Shown piece after piece: positions 59,180 to 64,000 of a DNA stretch of 64,000 bases. The notes below the pieces were generated by a model. It saw nothing but the letters and a program-made list of their open reading frames with translations, made no database searches and was not told where the DNA came from. The stretch is from assembly GCA_029261035.1 (NCBI GenBank), contig JAJDCD010000008.1:230882-294881 (forward strand). Reading direction: 5' to 3'. Within the stretch, counting starts at the first letter, position 1, and every line of letters begins with the position of its first letter. The DNA is from Candidatus Omnitrophota bacterium (lineage in GTDB: Bacteria > Omnitrophota > Omnitrophia > Omnitrophales > JACROU01). A program made the translations under genes and the position numbers.

Positions 59180-60085
59180 CTACCTCATCATTTTACGGCC
59201 AAAAACTAAAACGAAAAGCGCCATCATAAAAGCTCCAATAAAAGCCTCCACCCCAGCAAATATTTTACTAATTCCAAGAGGTGTAATATCTCCATAGCCT
59301 AATGTCGTCAAAGTAACCACACTATAGTATATGCATAGCCCCAGATCTTTAATAGAATCTACTATAGGCTGATTCGGCTGATAACGTAATATTTCATTTC
59401 CATATTTAATCCCACACAGATAAAAAACAATTCCGTTAAAAATAACAAATAAAGCTGCGCTACTAATAACTCTAGCTGTTTTTTCACCATAACCACACAA
59501 AACATCTGTGATTTTAGAACTCAGGCGCTTATAAGAAAATAAAGGTTGCTGCTTTCTCCTCATAACCATTTCTCGATAAAATAGATCTGCAGCCTCGTCA
59601 AAAATACCTAGCTCTGTCAAACGAACTCTTAAAACACGATAGATCTCTTCTGCTTCTCTGTATTTTTCTTTCGCTTCTAATTTAAACCCTTTTCCATCCA
59701 AAGCTTTTGCTTCTTGCTCATTGGCTATAATTCCTTTTGAGCCATATTTAAGGCCTGCTAACTTAGCCCCTTCCAATTTAACTTCCAATAAATTAGCCCC
59801 TTGAAAATCTGCCTCTTTAATATTAGAAAATTTTAAATTAGCATTAAACAAATTAGATCCTTGGAAGTTAGCTTTGTATAAATGCGCATGCTCCAAATTG
59901 GCTCGCTCCAAATTACAGTTTTTCAAATTTGCTTCGACAAGACTTACTTCTTTAAGATCGGCTCGGGACAAATCAACCCCTTCTAAATTAGCTCCATCTA
60001 AAGGCTTCCCATTCTTAACCGCCATAATAACGTCTTCGCGAGTTAGCTTCTTCCCCAAACCTTTCATTCCCAGATCTTTACCCAT
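59180..60085 (-). CDS. Pentapeptide-repeat protein fused to a 2-TM potassium-channel pore domain
   Basis: N-terminal tandem pentapeptide repeats (ANLEG, ADLKE, ANLKN, ANLEH, ANFQG...) and C-terminal TM1-pore-TM2 with K+ selectivity filter TLTTLGYGD. Confidence 0.7.
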   Translation of the reverse strand: MGKDLGMKGLGKKLTREDVIMAVKNGKPLDGANLEGVDLSRADLKEVSLVEANLKNCNLERANLEHAHLYKANFQGSNLFNANLKFSNIKEADFQGANLLEVKLEGAKLAGLKYGSKGIIANEQEAKALDGKGFKLEAKEKYREAEEIYRVLRVRLTELGIFDEAADLFYREMVMRRKQQPLFSYKRLSSKITDVLCGYGEKTARVISSAALFVIFNGIVFYLCGIKYGNEILRYQPNQPIVDSIKDLGLCIYYSVVTLTTLGYGDITPLGISKIFAGVEAFIGAFMMALFVLVFGRKMMR

Positions 60086-60238
60086 ATAAAACTCCTTTAT
60101 ATAAGAAGTATACCTGATACATCTTTGTGCTTAATATTATCGGTAAATTCCCTCCCTAAGTTAAATGAAGCCGTTGCAATCCCCTCTTTAGACTTACCCC
60201 TAAATACGCTATACTACCCTCTTAAACAAAGGATGTTT

Positions 60239-61060
60239 ATGAAACCTAAATCTGTATTAATTACTGGGGCTTCTTCTGGAATTGGCAGAGAATTAGCCAT
60301 TGAGTTTTATAAGAACAACCATAATGTTGTTTTATTTGCTCGTCGGAAAGAGAAACTAGAAATTCTGGCACAAGAACTTAAGGACATTCCCTCTAAAGCC
60401 TCTGTCGTTGTGATTGCTGGAGATGCCACACAAATAGAAGATATCAAACAAGCTCTAAAAGAAACAATCCACCAGTTAGGTCGAATTGATATTTTGATCA
60501 ACAATGCTGGAGCAGGATTAAATTCATTTTTTGAGGATTTAGAAATAGAGGAAGCTAAAAAATTGATGGATCTTAATTTCTTTGGGCTCCTATCCTTCTC
60601 TCAGGAAGCACTCCCCTATATGAAAAAACAAGGCTGTGGTCAAATCGTTAATATTAGCTCTATAGCAGGAAAACGAGGTTTACCCTCAAGAAGTATCTAT
60701 AGCGCATCAAAGTTCGCTGTAGAGGGTCTTACAGAAGGAATTAGGGTAGAATTAGAGCCTGAAAACATCCATTTCACCTTAGTCCGACCCACTTCCACAC
60801 AAACGGAATTCTTCGATGTAGAGCCCAAAGGCAACAGCTACCTAGACCAAAGAGATCGAGCAAGGATGACCGCAAAACAAGTAGCTCAAATCGCCTATAA
60901 AGGGATCCTTAAAAAAAAGAAAGTGATAACCATAAGCTTCCACGGAAAGTTAGCTGTTGTGTTAAATACTCTTTTTCCAAACTTTACAGATTGGATTATC
61001 TCAAAAGTCTTTAGCCATTTAAAAAAAGTGACAGTCGCCAAAGGTGACAGCCACTTTTAG
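60239..61060 (+). CDS. Short-chain dehydrogenase/reductase (SDR)
   Basis: TGASSGIG cofactor motif, NNAG, catalytic S...YSASK; start placed at ATG 60239 (MKPKSVLITG) after an AAGGA RBS. Confidence 0.85.
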   Translation: MKPKSVLITGASSGIGRELAIEFYKNNHNVVLFARRKEKLEILAQELKDIPSKASVVVIAGDATQIEDIKQALKETIHQLGRIDILINNAGAGLNSFFEDLEIEEAKKLMDLNFFGLLSFSQEALPYMKKQGCGQIVNISSIAGKRGLPSRSIYSASKFAVEGLTEGIRVELEPENIHFTLVRPTSTQTEFFDVEPKGNSYLDQRDRARMTAKQVAQIAYKGILKKKKVITISFHGKLAVVLNTLFPNFTDWIISKVFSHLKKVTVAKGDSHF

Positions 61061-61069
61061 TGTGTTAAA

Positions 61070-62590
61070 TTACTCTAGCAATTCTTCTCGAAACAAAGTT
61101 CCTCTGCCCAAAACACAATCAGGATCAAATGCTTTTTTAATTTGAATCATTTCTTTAATCGCTTCTTCCCCATACATCATCTCTAAATAAGGTACTTTAA
61201 TTTTCCCAATACCGTGCTCCGCAGAAACAGTCCCTTTTAAATCAATCACTTTTTTCATCCATTTTTTATAAAGCTCTAACGCAACATCAAATTCCTTCTG
61301 GCTCTTAGGCATCAAATTCACATGCAAATGATTATTCCCGATATGACCAAAAGTAGCCGCCTGTAAACCAACTTCATTAATCGTCATTCGATAATAAAGC
61401 ATCATCTCTTCTAAGGCTTCATCCGGCACAGCCATATCTGTCGCAATTTTTCTAAATCCTCTCCTAGACATTATTTCATTAATCACCACAGGGACCTCAT
61501 GTCGAAAAGCTATCATCTCCTCATGTTTCTCTCGTGTTGTACCAACCCACGACTGATCTATTATCGCCCGGTATATTTCCATCAACTCAAACCAAGATTC
61601 CAACACACGATCTTCTGATCCATCGGTTATTTCTTCCTCAACAAACAAAGCTGAATTCGCTTGTTCAGGAATACGCTTAAATTTACCTCTTATAAAATCC
61701 AAAGAAAAGGAATCAAAGTATTCCAACGCTCTCGCATTCGTTTTACTTTTCGCTTCCCTTACACACTTCAAAACATCATCTTCATTTTCAAAAAAAATCA
61801 TTAAACTGACAAATTTCTCAGGCAAAGGAATTAAATTAAGTTCAACTTCAGAGATAACTCCAAGAGTCCCCTCTGAGCCAATAATAAGATCGATTAAATC
61901 CATCTTATCAGTCACATAATAACCAGCTGCGTGTTTTATGGGGGGCATACAATAGCTTGGAATCTTAAAAGAAGAAGTTGTTTGATCTAATCGTTCTAAA
62001 TAAATTTCGTCATTAGATGAAACTATATATTGCCCTCGCTTTAAGACTAAAACTTCTCCACTGCTCAGGACAAGTCTCAACGACTTCACGTGTGGACGCG
62101 TAGCTCCATACTTATAAGATCTGGCTCCAGAAGCATTCGTAGCAACAGTGCCTCCGATCCACGCACTTCTCTCCGTGGGGTCTGGTGTATAGAACAACCC
62201 CTTCGACTCCGCATAGTCTTGAAAATCTTTTAGGAGAACTCCTGGTTCTACAAACGCTGAGGTATCTGTTCCCCTTAATATAATCTCCGAATAGTTATTT
62301 AATTTTTCTAAGGTAAGAATAGCCCCCTTTTCAGGAACCGCCGCTCCAGTTAACCCTGTCAAAGCCCCTTGAATAGTTAAAGGCTCTTTCCTTGCCGAAG
62401 TTTCTTTTAATACCTGCGAAATTTGAGACTCACTATGAACAAAAAAGAGAGAATTGCCATCCCCTTTAAAATTGGATGCATCCAACAAATAATTTTGGAA
62501 TATAGTTTTATCTTCTTTTTTTAGAATAGGAGGAAGTTGACTTTCATTCTTTTTTAATTTAGGAGCTTCTAAAGGAACTTGTATCTTCAT
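61070..62590 (-). CDS. FAD-linked oxidase (PCMH-type FAD-binding, D-lactate dehydrogenase/GlcD-like)
   Basis: FAD_binding_4-like N-terminal domain (GALTGLTGAAVP, GGTVATNASG) and C-terminal oxidase domain; 506 aa. Confidence 0.75.
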   Translation of the reverse strand: MKIQVPLEAPKLKKNESQLPPILKKEDKTIFQNYLLDASNFKGDGNSLFFVHSESQISQVLKETSARKEPLTIQGALTGLTGAAVPEKGAILTLEKLNNYSEIILRGTDTSAFVEPGVLLKDFQDYAESKGLFYTPDPTERSAWIGGTVATNASGARSYKYGATRPHVKSLRLVLSSGEVLVLKRGQYIVSSNDEIYLERLDQTTSSFKIPSYCMPPIKHAAGYYVTDKMDLIDLIIGSEGTLGVISEVELNLIPLPEKFVSLMIFFENEDDVLKCVREAKSKTNARALEYFDSFSLDFIRGKFKRIPEQANSALFVEEEITDGSEDRVLESWFELMEIYRAIIDQSWVGTTREKHEEMIAFRHEVPVVINEIMSRRGFRKIATDMAVPDEALEEMMLYYRMTINEVGLQAATFGHIGNNHLHVNLMPKSQKEFDVALELYKKWMKKVIDLKGTVSAEHGIGKIKVPYLEMMYGEEAIKEMIQIKKAFDPDCVLGRGTLFREELLE

Positions 62591-63234
62591 TTTTTCTTCG
62601 TTTGCGTAGATGCCTTCATCAACCCCTCGGCTTGGGGGGGAAGAAAACCAGAATAGCCATGATGTCTTTCTGTTAATTCAAGAACCGTAAATGCTTTACC
62701 ATCCTTAACGTCTGCTTTTGTGAAAATTTGTCTTAAATTGCTTCTTGGTTCCCCAACAATATCTCCAGCAAACTCGACTCCTTTCTTTTTTAGGTGCTCA
62801 ATAGATCCATCAATATCATCAACTAATACAGCGATATGGTGAATAACATTATCACTAAACGCATCCACCCAACCAGGAATCACAGATGGTTTTCCACGCT
62901 CACCATCATAAGCTTGGTCAATAAACAAAGCAGGAAAACCAGGCTTTCTTAAAACACGAGCCCACCAATCGTCAAAACTAATCAACCCCTTCTCCCCAAC
63001 CTCGTTATCCCACTCAAATCCCAAGGCGATAAATTCTTCGGAGCGTTTATAAACATCATGGGTTCTAAAGGTTAAATGATCCACTATAGGTCTCAGTCCA
63101 ATCCCTAGACTATAAAGATGTTCAGAGATAATTTGAGCCGCTGAGTTATTTTGAATAAATTGCTCAACATACTTTGCAATAATCTCTTCAACATTATCTA
63201 CAGAATGATAATTGTCACTCATATCCCACCTCAA
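62587..63234 (-). CDS. Hypothetical protein (possible metal-binding His cluster, VOC/DUF1338-like)
   Basis: 215 aa; HLTFRT and VIHHIAVLVDDID motifs; family assignment uncertain. Confidence 0.3.
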   Translation of the reverse strand: MRWDMSDNYHSVDNVEEIIAKYVEQFIQNNSAAQIISEHLYSLGIGLRPIVDHLTFRTHDVYKRSEEFIALGFEWDNEVGEKGLISFDDWWARVLRKPGFPALFIDQAYDGERGKPSVIPGWVDAFSDNVIHHIAVLVDDIDGSIEHLKKKGVEFAGDIVGEPRSNLRQIFTKADVKDGKAFTVLELTERHHGYSGFLPPQAEGLMKASTQTKKK

Positions 63235-63333
63235 ATAATTAGTTTATTTCTTTGTTGCAAAATTTGACAACTTGAGTAAAATATCAGCCTCTTTACTCAA
63301 TTGTAGATGAGATTTGAGTTTAGAGCAAATGTA

Positions 63334-63410
63334 GGGGGCGTAGCTCAACTGGTTAGAGTACCTGACTGTCGATCAGGATGTTGCGGGTTCGAGTCCCGTC
63401 GCTCCCGCCA
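63334..63410 (+). tRNA. tRNA-Asp (anticodon GTC)
   Basis: Acceptor GGGGGCG/CGCUCCC, D arm GCUC-AACUGGUUA-GAGU, anticodon stem CCUGA/UCAGG with loop CUGUCGA, T arm GCGGG-UUCGAGU-CCCGU, encoded CCA. Confidence 0.85.
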
Positions 63411-63428
63411 TATTTAGAACATAAAAAA

Positions 63429-63456
63429 GGCCATCCACATAGGATGGCTTTTTTTA
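63429..63456 (+). terminator. Rho-independent terminator after tRNA-Asp
   Basis: Stem GCCATCC (63430-63436) / GGATGGC (63442-63448), 5-nt loop, then T7; A-tract upstream makes it potentially bidirectional. Confidence 0.7.
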
Positions 63457-63465
63457 TGTCTAAAT

Positions 63466-63484
63466 GGGAGCGACGGGACTCGAA
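63466..63484. repeat. Exact inverted copy of the tRNA-Asp 3' end (19 bp)
   Basis: GGGAGCGACGGGACTCGAA is the reverse complement of tRNA-Asp positions 63388-63406 (TTCGAGTCCCGTCGCTCCC), 60 bp downstream of the tRNA. Confidence 0.8.
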
Positions 63485-63576
63485 AAGAACGACGCCAAAT
63501 CTATCACGCTGAAATAAATAAAAATCTGACTCAATGTCAGGTTATTATTTATTTAAGACTTTACAAGGAGTGAATG

Positions 63577-63750
63577 GCCGACCTGGAGTAAGTGCTTACG
63601 ACTAGTAAGTCACGAACGCAAGGCGCCGAGTCCCCGATTGTCGGATAACTTTTTTAAGGCTTAACGAGAAAGGAACAGCCGCCCTGAAGTAAGCTCTTAC
63701 AACAAGCAAGTCACAAACCCAAAGCTCCTAGCCCCTCAATTATCAAATAA
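63577..63750. repeat. Two diverged tandem copies of a roughly 73-bp element (candidate sRNA pair or att-like repeat)
   Basis: Unit 1 63577-63649 and unit 2 63677-63750 align at about 75 percent identity (GCCGaCCTGgAGTAAGtgCTTACgACtAGtAAGTCACgAAC...), each with GTAAG/CTTAC inverted motif. Confidence 0.5.
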
Positions 63751-63777
63751 ATTTTCTATCTCTATTCAAAATAAAAC

Positions 63778-64000
63778 CTAAAGAATCCCATTCACCAACA
63801 CATTAAAAACATGCGCTCCTGGAATATTACTTACTAATTGCAATGAAAGTATTTGATTCAAATTAACTCCTGCTGCAAAAACAATAGTTGGATCCAATAT
63901 CCAATACTGCGTTCCTGCCAAAATGCCTGTTAATAAAATATTAACCCTATTTCCATTTACATCCGTTATTTCTAGACGAACTTCACTTAACGTAGATGAG
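63778..64000 (-). CDS. Hypothetical protein, C-terminal fragment (N-terminus beyond window end)
   Basis: Minus-strand frame open from window end to TAG at 63780-63778; C-terminus ...ILAGTQYWILDPTIVFAAGVNLNQILSLQLVSNIPGAHVFNVLVNGIL. Confidence 0.3.
   Translation of the reverse strand, partial: SSTLSEVRLEITDVNGNRVNILLTGILAGTQYWILDPTIVFAAGVNLNQILSLQLVSNIPGAHVFNVLVNGIL

Overview
AT-rich 64-kb chromosomal window, almost entirely minus-strand genes. The envelope genes (LolCD, FadL-type outer-membrane protein, AsmA-like protein) point to a diderm bacterium, yet the window carries a Firmicutes-like mcsA-mcsB-clpC ... PIN/TRAM(YacL-like)-ispDF-gltX-cysS neighbourhood; the organism is not identified. 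All calls are from reading translations and motifs by eye; no database search was run. Housekeeping content: a glutathione/glutaredoxin/BolA cluster (gshA-like, gshB, two Grx, two BolA), a glpD-exonuclease-YkgJ-EVE operon, transporters (MFS, DAACS, RND/MMPL, partial ABC), Mrp/ApbC, Dus, Maf, amt-glnK behind a consensus sigma-54 promoter, holB-tmk, cysS, gltX, lysS, ROK kinase, desaturase, SDR, FAD oxidase, and four tRNAs (Pro, Arg, Phe, Asp). Most interesting accessory content: (1) a minus-strand operon FadL-like OMP / SAM methyltransferase / three paralogous multi-TM sensor kinases / two output-less receiver proteins, with tRNA-Pro embedded and a convergent XRE-cupin regulator, a candidate small-molecule signalling system; (2) a ~265-bp intergenic element in two copies whose long helix differs in sequence but stays base-paired; (3) a HigB/HigA-type toxin-antitoxin pair bracketed by a duplicated 3' end of the neighbouring CPBP protease gene; (4) several palindromic repeat families, including MITE-like elements with GTCATTGCGAG termini; (5) an exact inverted copy of the tRNA-Asp 3' end plus a diverged tandem repeat downstream. 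No CRISPR array, integrase, transposase or rRNA was seen.
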